Assembly: GCF_000008565.1 (NCBI RefSeq)
Contig: NC_001263.1
Coordinates: 645,776 to 677,775, forward strand
Reading direction: 5' to 3'
Origin: Deinococcus radiodurans R1 = ATCC 13939 = DSM 20539
GTDB taxonomy: Bacteria > Deinococcota > Deinococci > Deinococcales > Deinococcaceae
Length of the DNA: 32,000 bases
Shown here: positions 23,780-30,979 of the stretch, one piece after another
How positions within the stretch are numbered: the first letter of the stretch is position 1
Layout: every line of letters starts with the position of its first letter
Notes under the pieces: model-generated
Database searches by the model: none
Told to the model about the DNA's origin: nothing
Seen by the model: the letters and a program-made list of their open reading frames with translations, nothing else
Made by a program: the position numbers and the translations under genes

Positions 23780-24718
23780 TTACCGGCGCCGCCTGCCCAG
23801 CAGCCACAGTGCCCCCGCTGCGCCCAGGGCTCCGAGAAATAGAGTCCGCATGGGATCGGGCTCACCAGGACGGGGCTTTTGCATCGGCGCCGGGTGGCCC
23901 AGATACCAGCCGTGGGCCGGGCGCCCGTTGGGGTCGTGGTCGAAGTCGTCGGCCAGGCGCGTGAGGGCGTCGCCCAGACTGTCGTCGGTCAGTGGATGCC
24001 CGTGGCCGGTGGCGACCAGGGCAGGGCGCAGGGCTGCCAGCGTTCGCACCGAGTCGCGCGTCGCGTTCCAGTTGGGCGTGTAGTAGGCGGGCGGGCGGCG
24101 CAGCACGGTGGGCGTGGACGCCAGCGCCCCCGGCACCGTTTCCTGCGGGGTGGTTACCACGGCGTCGCCCGCGATGAGTAGGCGGTCGGCCTCGCGCCAC
24201 AGCGATACGTGCCCCTCGGTGTGGCCCGGCGTGTGCACCCAGCGCCAGCCCGGCAGCTCCGGCACCGTGCCGTCTTCCGGGAGCGTCCGCACCTGGGGCC
24301 GGAAATCATACGGCCCCGGCAGGAACAGCGGCGAAGTCAGGCTCATCAGGCCGCCCACGGTGGGGTCGGGGAAGCGGTAGGGCACCTCGCCGGTCAGGTG
24401 CGGCAGCTCGTCGGGGTGGGCGTAGACGGGCACGTTCCACTCGGCCAGCAGCGCGTGCAGCGCCCCGATGTGGTCAAAGTGCCCGTGCGTCAGTACGATG
24501 GCCTGTGGAGCGCGAGCACCGTATACCTGCGCCGCCGCCTGCCGAATCAGGCCCGCTGTGCCGGGCATCCCAGTGTCCACCAGCACCCAGTCGCCGCCGG
24601 GCACCCCCATCAGAAAGATGTTCACCAGCGGCAGGCGCACCCGGAACACATCGGGCCGCAACTGCTGCACGCCGCCGAAGACGGAAGGAAAAGGAGCCAC
24701 CGGCACGGGTTCAGTCAT
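23780..24718 (-). CDS. MBL-fold metallo-hydrolase with C-terminal TM helix
   Basis: ATG at 24718 (MTEPVPV...). THGHFDHIGAL metal-binding motif and a later HTPGHTEGH. The upstream 52 codons of the track ORF run through repeat copy B and are rejected. Confidence 0.85.
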   Translation of the reverse strand: MTEPVPVAPFPSVFGGVQQLRPDVFRVRLPLVNIFLMGVPGGDWVLVDTGMPGTAGLIRQAAAQVYGARAPQAIVLTHGHFDHIGALHALLAEWNVPVYAHPDELPHLTGEVPYRFPDPTVGGLMSLTSPLFLPGPYDFRPQVRTLPEDGTVPELPGWRWVHTPGHTEGHVSLWREADRLLIAGDAVVTTPQETVPGALASTPTVLRRPPAYYTPNWNATRDSVRTLAALRPALVATGHGHPLTDDSLGDALTRLADDFDHDPNGRPAHGWYLGHPAPMQKPRPGEPDPMRTLFLGALGAAGALWLLGRRRR

Positions 24719-24813
24719 GCCCCACGCTAGCGGCCCCCGCCCCGCGCCCGGATGTTGGCCAGCTGAAGTGGGCTTGAGACGGGAACTGGAGTGGGATTTC
24801 GTTAGAACTGGTC

Positions 24814-24869
24814 TGGACGCCCCCTCACCCCTTGCTGCGCAAGGCCCTCTCCCGCAAGGGGCGAGGGTC
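24814..24869. repeat. Small non-coding repeat, copy B (inverted relative to copy A)
   Basis: The reverse complement reads GACCCTCGCCCCTTGCGGGAGAGGGCCTTGCGCAGCAAGGGGTGAGGGGGCGTCCA. The last 40 nt match copy A with one mismatch. Confidence 0.65.
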
Positions 24870-24922
24870 AACATAAGAAAAAGCCGCCCTAGCTTTCGCC
24901 AGAGCAGCCTCGTTCTCTCCCC

Positions 24923-25681
<759 letters not shown>

Positions 25682-25688
25682 GCCTATA

Positions 25689-25706
25689 TTCTAAATCAGT
25701 TTAGAA
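25689..25706. promoter_or_regulatory. Palindromic operator candidate overlapping the frnE promoter
   Basis: TTCTAAA-TCAG-TTTAGAA has perfect 7-nt arms. It lies 7 nt upstream of the frnE ATG on the minus strand and overlaps a TAGAAT -10-like hexamer. Confidence 0.4.
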
Positions 25707-25717
25707 AATAAATCAAA

Positions 25718-25792
25718 GGACGGCGCGAACGCCCCCGCAGCTCTGCCCGCTTCCCCGCCCCGCTTTTCCCCGCCAAAGCAGAGGCTTCGAGC
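25718..25792 (+). repeat. Cassette-boundary repeat, copy 1
   Basis: Hairpin GGCGCGAACGCC, then core CCGCCCCGCTTTTCCCCGCCAAAGCAGAGGCTTCGAGC (25755-25792). Confidence 0.6.
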
Positions 25793-25849
25793 TTCCAAGG
25801 TCTTGTTGATTCCCTTTGAGCGAAATAGAATAACTACCGGAGGTAATCA

Positions 25850-26230
25850 ATGACTGCACAGATGCAGATTGGCCTCGCTGGACTTCTCAGGCAACACAAC
25901 ATCACCCAGAAGCAACTGGCCCAGGCCGCCCGGATGCGCCCCGCCACGGTGAACGCCATTTACAACGCCCGCATTGAAAGAGTGGAAATCAGGACCCTCG
26001 TTGATCTTGTTGCTGGCCTGCGAAAGCTTGGCATTGAGGCCGATGTAGGCGACATCCTGCAAGTCGTTGATGTCCCCGACCAAGCAGAACAAGCCGCCCG
26101 TGAACGCGCCCTGCGCCTGCTGGGTGGCGAACCGTGGGGGCTGAAACCCGCTGGCCTGAACCCGCCCGTTCCTGTAAAAGGCCCACCCATAGAAGAAATT
26201 CTGAAGGAACACCGGGGGCCGGAACTTTGA
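25850..26230 (+). CDS. XRE-family HTH antitoxin (VapB-position)
   Basis: LLRQHNITQKQLAQAARMRPATVNAIYN helix-turn-helix. RBS GGAGGT. Stop overlaps the start of the PIN gene (TTGA). Confidence 0.7.
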   Translation: MTAQMQIGLAGLLRQHNITQKQLAQAARMRPATVNAIYNARIERVEIRTLVDLVAGLRKLGIEADVGDILQVVDVPDQAEQAARERALRLLGGEPWGLKPAGLNPPVPVKGPPIEEILKEHRGPEL

Positions 26231-26652
26231 CGCTGCTGTATCTGGACACCAGCGCCCTGATTCGCATTTACACCCAGGAACCCGACTATCAGCACGTCAT
26301 TCAGGAGAAACAACAGTCCAGCGGTGTGATCTGCCATGAAATCACTTACGTGGAAGCTCTTGCCGCACTGGCAGGCAGGCGAGCGCGGAGGCTCCTGAGC
26401 GTCAGGCAACACCAACTGGCAGTCACGGCCTTCCAGAACGACTGGCCCACCTTCAGGCACGTTTCTATTGACCAGCAACTCTTGCAGGACGCCGCCGCGC
26501 TCGCGCAGGCACACACTCTGCGGGCCTACGACGCCGTTCATCTGGCCGCCGCGCAAGCTGTCTCTCCACTTGGACTTCAGTTCATGACCTTCGACACGCA
26601 CTTGAGAACTGTGGCCGAGCAGGTGTTACCGGGACAGGTATGGACGCCGTAA
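26227..26652 (+). CDS. vapC: PIN-domain ribonuclease toxin (VapC family)
   Basis: TTG at 26227 in frame ((M)TLLYLDTSALIRIY...). Acidic PIN residues in YLDTS, HEITYVEA, AYDAVHLAAA and FMTFD. Confidence 0.8.
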   Translation: MTLLYLDTSALIRIYTQEPDYQHVIQEKQQSSGVICHEITYVEALAALAGRRARRLLSVRQHQLAVTAFQNDWPTFRHVSIDQQLLQDAAALAQAHTLRAYDAVHLAAAQAVSPLGLQFMTFDTHLRTVAEQVLPGQVWTP

Positions 26653-26660
26653 AAGGAACA

Positions 26661-26718
26661 GGGACGAGCTACCCCGTCCCCCCGCCCCGCTTTTCCCTGC
26701 CAAAGCAGAAGCCTGAGC
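26661..26718 (+). repeat. Cassette-boundary repeat, copy 2
   Basis: Hairpin GGGACG-AGCTACC-CCGTCCC, then core CCGCCCCGCTTTTCCCTGCCAAAGCAGAAGCCTGAGC. Confidence 0.65.
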
Positions 26719-26767
26719 CAGAATTCAATTCTCGTAAGCCAGAACGTATGAATGCTAGTATGAAGGC

Positions 26768-27022
26768 ATGACTTACCAGAACGCCGAACGCATGACCATC
26801 AGCCTGCCGCCCGATATCGCCCGTTACATCAAGGACTACCAGCAAACGCACGGACTGGAAAGCCGCAGCGAAGCCTTCGTGAAAGCCGTTCAAGCCCTCA
26901 GAGAACAGGAACTGGCCGAGCAATACACCGCACTCGCCCGTGAGAACGACCCCGAACGCGCCCTCTTTCTGGAAGGCAACACCGACGGACTGGAACCCAG
27001 CGACGGTAGCGAATGGCTGTAG
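26768..27022 (+). CDS. Ribbon-helix-helix (CopG/MazE-like) antitoxin
   Basis: 84 aa. N-terminal beta-strand-type MTISLPPDIARYIKDY, then an acidic tail. Overlaps the toxin start by 10 nt. Confidence 0.7.
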   Translation: MTYQNAERMTISLPPDIARYIKDYQQTHGLESRSEAFVKAVQALREQELAEQYTALARENDPERALFLEGNTDGLEPSDGSEWL

Positions 27023-27360
27023 GACTCATCCGGCGCGGCGACATTTTTCTGACCCATTTCGGCCCCGCCCGCGCAGGCGAACCGGACTTCAAACGCCCCG
27101 CTGTGGTCATCACCAACAATGTCGCCAACGCCAAAGCGGATGCCGTGACCGTCATTCCGCTCACCAGCAACCTGGAAACCCTCTACGATTTTCAACTGCT
27201 GCTCCCCACCGAGCGAACCGGGCTGAACTTGGACAGCAAAGCGCAGACGGAATTGATCTCGTGTATTGCCATCAGCCGCATCGGGAAGCACCTGGGGCAA
27301 GTGCCAGCCGACCTCATGGCTGAACTGGACGCCAGAATCCGCCTTCACCTTGCCCTGTAA
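27013..27360 (+). CDS. mazF: MazF/PemK family endoribonuclease toxin
   Basis: RRGDIFLTHFGPARAGEPDFKRPAVVITNN...VTVIPLTS...LDSKAQTELISCIAISRI. Canonical PemK/MazF pattern, 115 aa. Confidence 0.88.
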   Translation: MAVGLIRRGDIFLTHFGPARAGEPDFKRPAVVITNNVANAKADAVTVIPLTSNLETLYDFQLLLPTERTGLNLDSKAQTELISCIAISRIGKHLGQVPADLMAELDARIRLHLAL

Positions 27361-27369
27361 ACAGTCGAA

Positions 27370-27435
27370 GGGGACGAGCCACCCCGTCCCCCATTCCCGC
27401 CCCGGAACCGCCCAAGCCAAAGCAGAGGCTTGAGC
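27370..27435 (+). repeat. Cassette-boundary repeat, copy 3
   Basis: Hairpin GGGGACG-AGCCACC-CCGTCCCC, then CCGCCCCGGAACCGCCCAAGCCAAAGCAGAGGCTTGAGC. Confidence 0.65.
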
Positions 27436-27463
27436 TAAACTGTCAACAAGGTAGGAGGACTCA

Positions 27464-27940
27464 TTGCGACTCGGACGACATGGAATACGGGAAGTCATAA
27501 ACTTCTTACAAACATGCAACACTAACGGTAATTTGCCTGATAAGATATTCATTGTTAGCCCATACTATACCCATGCCGCCGGAAATAAGCTTTTGGTCTC
27601 TCTGATTAATAAGGGTGTTAAGGTTTCAGTATTAATACAAAGTGAAGCTTGGGACAATGGAAGCCCGTCGATAAACCAAAAACTAATTATTGATCTAAAC
27701 AATGCTGTCGGCAAAAGCATCGTGAAAAAGTGCGATGATCTTCACGCTAAGATTTTTATCTTCTCGTATCCAGACGGTAGCAGGGAAACTTGGATAGGAT
27801 CATCAAATTTTACATTTAAGGCTGATGGGAAGATTTACTATAATAGTCGCAAAAATATAGAGACAATTGAAAAAATAGTTATTGATTCTCAAATTGAAGC
27901 AGAACTACGTCAAATGTGGAAAAGTGGAGTATTCGTATGA
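27464..27940 (+). CDS. Single-HKD phospholipase D superfamily protein (Nuc-like nuclease candidate)
   Basis: TTG start 5 nt after the GGAGG core of AGGAGGA. HKD motif LHAKIFIFSYPDGSRETWIGSSNFT (His codon 27743-27745, Asn codon 27806-27808). 158 aa. AT-rich codon usage unlike the host. Confidence 0.75.
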   Translation: MRLGRHGIREVINFLQTCNTNGNLPDKIFIVSPYYTHAAGNKLLVSLINKGVKVSVLIQSEAWDNGSPSINQKLIIDLNNAVGKSIVKKCDDLHAKIFIFSYPDGSRETWIGSSNFTFKADGKIYYNSRKNIETIEKIVIDSQIEAELRQMWKSGVFV

Positions 27941-28422
27941 AACGATATTGGGTTGTGCTGGCTAAATATAATATCCACGATTTTCACAATCAAGAATCGA
28001 ATTACATAATTGAATCATTATGGAATACGATAAATTTAGATGAAAAAGTGGAAGGTCATGCCAATTTGGAAATCCATCTTGATAGCAACACCGGAATAGT
28101 AAATGCGGGTTTTATTTTGTATTGCGAAAAAAGTTTAGCGAGAAGGATAACCACTCGCCTAAGTCGATATGTATATTTCCAAGATTATAGGGAGAAGCAG
28201 ATAATAGATACTGAGTACGGCTTATCTAAAGTAAATGCCAACGAGATAATGCTGATTGATCTTCTTAGTTACCTAAAATTTGAATCTTTACAATACTATC
28301 ACTCAGGAAAAGTTGAAATTGAGTTTATTTGGCGAAATTTCGACTTCATTATTGAGAAGGTAATACCAGAATTTGAATTAAACAGGGCAGATCGAGATTC
28401 ACAGGAAGATGAACCTTTCTAA
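27937..28422 (+). CDS. Hypothetical protein coupled to the PLD gene
   Basis: ATG at 27937 overlaps the PLD stop (ATGA). 161 aa (MKRYWVVLAKYNIHDFHNQ...). No motif I recognise. Acidic C-terminus RADRDSQEDEPF. Confidence 0.5.
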   Translation: MKRYWVVLAKYNIHDFHNQESNYIIESLWNTINLDEKVEGHANLEIHLDSNTGIVNAGFILYCEKSLARRITTRLSRYVYFQDYREKQIIDTEYGLSKVNANEIMLIDLLSYLKFESLQYYHSGKVEIEFIWRNFDFIIEKVIPEFELNRADRDSQEDEPF

Positions 28423-29150
28423 ATACCTATATAGAATGAGGAGTATATCTGATTGTCGCAAGCGACTTGCATCATTGAATTAAATTCGTCTGAATATTTT
28501 GCATTCATCTGTCGAATCTGGCAATCCCTTATTTTATCACCCAGAATCGATTTGCCCATAACCAGAAGATACTTTTTGGTTAAAGGAAAATAGAGTTCGG
28601 CGCCATCTTTTCCGATGCCTTGACTCATTGTAAGCGACATTTTACCTGTTCCACAATCTGTTATGCCAGTAATAACAGGAACATCGCTCGTTATATATGG
28701 GGAATCGGAGGGTACTTCGAGAAATTGAAATGTGAAGTTTGACAAGTGGCCTTTTATCTTGGGAAGGCTACTACTAATATTATTATCGAGCATGATTAAA
28801 TGTGTAATTTTGGCAAAATCATCCTGACTCAAGGTTGTACCGGGCTGACCGACTTCCCTTGCTGCCAAATCGAAGGTTTGCTCCCTGATCCTAGGTGTAC
28901 GAAGAAGCTGCAAGCCGACAATTTCAGCAAGCATAGATTTATGATTATGGTTCATAAATCTATGCTTGGCGTCCAAATTTAAGGTCAAATCTCTGATAAA
29001 TCGCGAGTGAATCGCTTCAAAATTATCCGAGATTTGCTTCTCAAGATAATAGGGGTCATCATGCTTTACACCCTTTATATCAACGGTATGGAAATTTCTT
29101 TCCACCGCTATGCCCTCTGGACTGGTCTTAAATGTCTTTTTCCTAGTTTT
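28419..29150 (-). pseudogene. DUF4238 family protein, 3' portion (codons 32-274 of the reconstructed ORF), separated from its 5' end by the IS
   Basis: The frame of track ORF 28419..29105 stays open upstream to the exact IS boundary at 29150 (KTRKKTFKTSPEGIA-VERNFHTVD...). It contains a YITSDVPV motif like the SDNPV motif of DUF4238. Confidence 0.8.
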
Positions 29151-29300
29151 TTGAACCTCACACGACTAAAGTCGCGTGATTCTCACTTCGCAGACCATTG
29201 CCCGCCGAAGCAGGTCTGACATAGCCTCCATGAGCGTTTAAGGTGTCTGAGATTCCCGCAGCCACCAACGCTTCACGCCGAATGTTCAGCGCAGCGTTCT
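29135..29300 (-). ncRNA. TnpB guide RNA (omegaRNA/reRNA): scaffold from the tnpB 3' end and RE, plus ~16-nt read-through guide. The 5' boundary is not determinable from sequence.
   Basis: The minus strand reads ...GTCAGACCTGCTTCGGCGGGCAATGGTCTGCGAAGTGAGAATCACGCGACTTTAGTCGTGTGAGGTTCAA, ending at the IS end (29151). Nested stems are CAGACC/GGTCTG (29191-29218) and TCACACGAC/GTCGCGTGA (29158-29179). The flanking 29150-29135 (AAAACTAGGAAAAAGA) would be the guide. This matches my memory of the published ISDra2 scaffold. Confidence 0.7.
29158..29179 (-). repeat. RE subterminal imperfect palindrome
   Basis: The minus strand reads TCACGCGAC-TTTA-GTCGTGTGA with one mismatch. It is similar to the LE hairpin. 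Confidence 0.7.
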
Positions 29301-30384
29301 CGTCTCGGTCATGGGTTTCCCCACAGTTCGGGCAAGTCCATGTACGGACGGCAAGATTCTTCACTTCGGGATTCTTGAATCCGCAGTCATGACACAACTG
29401 GCTAGATGGAAAGTAGGGGCTGACTTTAGATACCAGTCGCCCGTACCACGCTGCCTTGTATTCCAACTGCCGGATGAACTCACCCCAGCCCGCATCACTG
29501 ATGCTCAGTGCAAGGCGGCGATTTTTCCGCATGTTGTCGGGTTTAAGGTGTTCGGTTCCGATGATTTCGTACTCACGCACCAGGGAGGTGGTGAGCTTGT
29601 GAAGGAAATCCTGACGCTTATTGACAATGCGCTTGTGAATCCGAGCCAGCTTGGTTTTCGCTTTCCCGTAACGTGCGCTGCCCTTCTTCCGTCTGGACAG
29701 GGTTTGCTGAGCTTTACGAAGTCTTTTCAGGGTGGAGCGGTAATATTTCGGATTCTGTTCATGCTTAAACCTCACGCCATCGGTCACGATGGCAAAATCC
29801 TTGATGCCGACATCCACACCCGCTGCAAACTTGGGAGCCGCAGGCAGGTAGGGAATCTCGACTTCACAGAGAACGGACGCTTCGTAATGGCCTTCGTGAA
29901 TACGGCGCACAGTGACATTCAGAATCTTCCCTTGAATATCCTGCTGGCCCTTGGTTTTCACCCATCCCAGCTTAGGAAGTTTGAGCCTACCTTCCCCAAT
30001 TTGGATGTTGTTGTTGGTGAATTGAGTCCGGTAGGACTCTCCCGTGCGCTTCTTTCTGAAACGTGGGAATCCTACCTTTTTACCGGACTGCTTCACAGTC
30101 CGAAAGAAGTTCTTGTACGCGGTCTCAAGGTTTTTCAGCGAGTTCTGCAAAGCAAACTTATCTACTTCCGAGAGCCAGGAGGTTTCTTCAGCCTGCTTCA
30201 GAAGGGTCAGTTCGCTACTCGTTTGCCCGTAGGTCAGTCCCTTCCCGCTTTCCTTGTAGGCCGCAATGCGACGGGCAAGGAAGTGGTTGTAGACGAACCT
30301 TGCGCTACCCAGCGTGCGGTTAATCAGTTCAGTCTGAGCCGCATTTGGGTACAGCCTGACCACGAAAGCCTTATTCCTTATCAT
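29158..30384 (-). CDS. tnpB: TnpB, RNA-guided RuvC-type DNA endonuclease (IS605 OrfB family)
   Basis: 408 aa. [18 protein letters not shown]-terminus. RuvC motifs [17 protein letters not shown] and [11 protein letters not shown]. Zinc finger CHDCG...CPNCG. I recognise the sequence as ISDra2 TnpB. Confidence 0.95.
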
Positions 30385-30793
30385 GCTGGCTCTCTATGTA
30401 TTTCTGAATCTGAGCGCGGGTGTTTTCAGAAACAGTCAGGATGCAATACGACGGGTTCCAGAGATTGCCGCCCCACAGCTTTTCTTTCAACTGCGGGTAG
30501 GCCACGAACATCCGACGTGCGGAAGCGCCTTTCAGCGCCTTCACGAAGTCGGGGATGGCTTGCTGTGGGGTTGCGCTTAGCAGGAGGTGAACGTGGTCAG
30601 GCATGACTTCCATCGTGATGACTTCCAGCCCGTTCTGAGCGGCAATGTCACGCAGGATGTCTTTCAGTCCATCAGCAACCTCACCCACCAACACCTGATG
30701 ACGGTATTTCACGCACCAGATGAGGTGGTATTCAAGCTGATAGACGTAACCCCGGCCTTTCTTCATCTCAAGGGGAAGAATAACATATGTCAT
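30371..30793 (-). CDS. tnpA: IS200/IS605 Y1 (HUH) transposase TnpA
   Basis: 140 aa. HUH motif PDHVHLLL. Catalytic Tyr in the C-terminal helix QKYIESQ (Y132). Confidence 0.93.
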
Positions 30794-30850
30794 CTGGAAA
30801 AGCTAGAGGCTTCCGCTTTTCATCGCCCTTTTCAGGGCGAGAGGGGCTAA

Positions 30851-30870
30851 CTCATGACTGAAGTCACGAG
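30851..30870 (-). repeat. LE subterminal imperfect palindrome
   Basis: The minus strand reads CTCGTGAC-TTCA-GTCATGAG with one mismatch. A second hairpin, TCGCCC-TTTTCA-GGGCGA, lies at 30823-30840. Confidence 0.7.
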
Positions 30871-30886
30871 TGTGCGCCCCTCAAGC

Positions 30887-30978
30887 ATCAAGCACGAACA
30901 GCTTACCATCCGAATCACAGAACTCTCTCAAATAATATTGAGGAACCCAGTGGTGTCTGATTGGTTCATTATTTGCCA

Positions 30979-30979
<1 letters not shown>
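30887..30979 (-). pseudogene. DUF4238 family protein, 5' portion (codons 1-31), ending in the TTGAT insertion site
   Basis: The minus strand translates as MANNEPIRHHWVPQYYLREFCDSDGKLFVLD. HHWVPQYYLREF matches the HYVPQFYLRxF N-terminal signature of DUF4238. The ATG overlaps the carB stop (TAATG). Confidence 0.8.

Larger units (their letters stand above)
29151..30886 (-). mobile_element. IS200/IS605 family insertion sequence, ISDra2 type (complete, 1736 bp)
   Basis: tnpA and tnpB overlap by 14 nt. On the transposon top (minus) strand, the LE is preceded by TTGAT (30891-30887) and the RE ends in GGTTCAA (29157-29151). Related imperfect subterminal hairpins sit at both ends. The 1736-bp length equals the published ISDra2 size as I recall it. 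Confidence 0.92.

Noticed and set aside
24719-24874. 52-codon N-terminal extension of the MBL hydrolase ORF
   Set aside because: It runs through small-repeat copy B (translating as CAARGEGASRP...). The MBL domain begins soon after the internal ATG at 24718.
25718-27435. The three cassette repeats as a CRISPR array or integron attC sites
   Set aside because: Spacing is about 700-940 bp, each interval holds complete genes, and the repeats are imperfect, so this is not CRISPR. There is no intI gene and no recognisable attC R'/R'' symmetry, so I do not call it an integron. It is kept as an unexplained repeat-cassette finding.
26890-27552. 220-aa minus-strand ORF over mazF and repeat 3
   Set aside because: It is antisense to a clear RHH-MazF operon and runs across the compositional boundary into the AT-rich block. 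It is a chance open frame.
29007-29219. 70-aa plus-strand ORF crossing the RE boundary
   Set aside because: It spans the IS/flank junction and is antisense to both DUF4238 and tnpB. It has no supporting signals.
29311-30606. 431-aa ORF antisense to tnpB/tnpA, plus small plus-strand ORFs 30044..30232, 30063..30323, 30383..30580 and 30587..30850
   Set aside because: They lie wholly inside the IS, opposite two strongly recognisable genes, and have no motifs.
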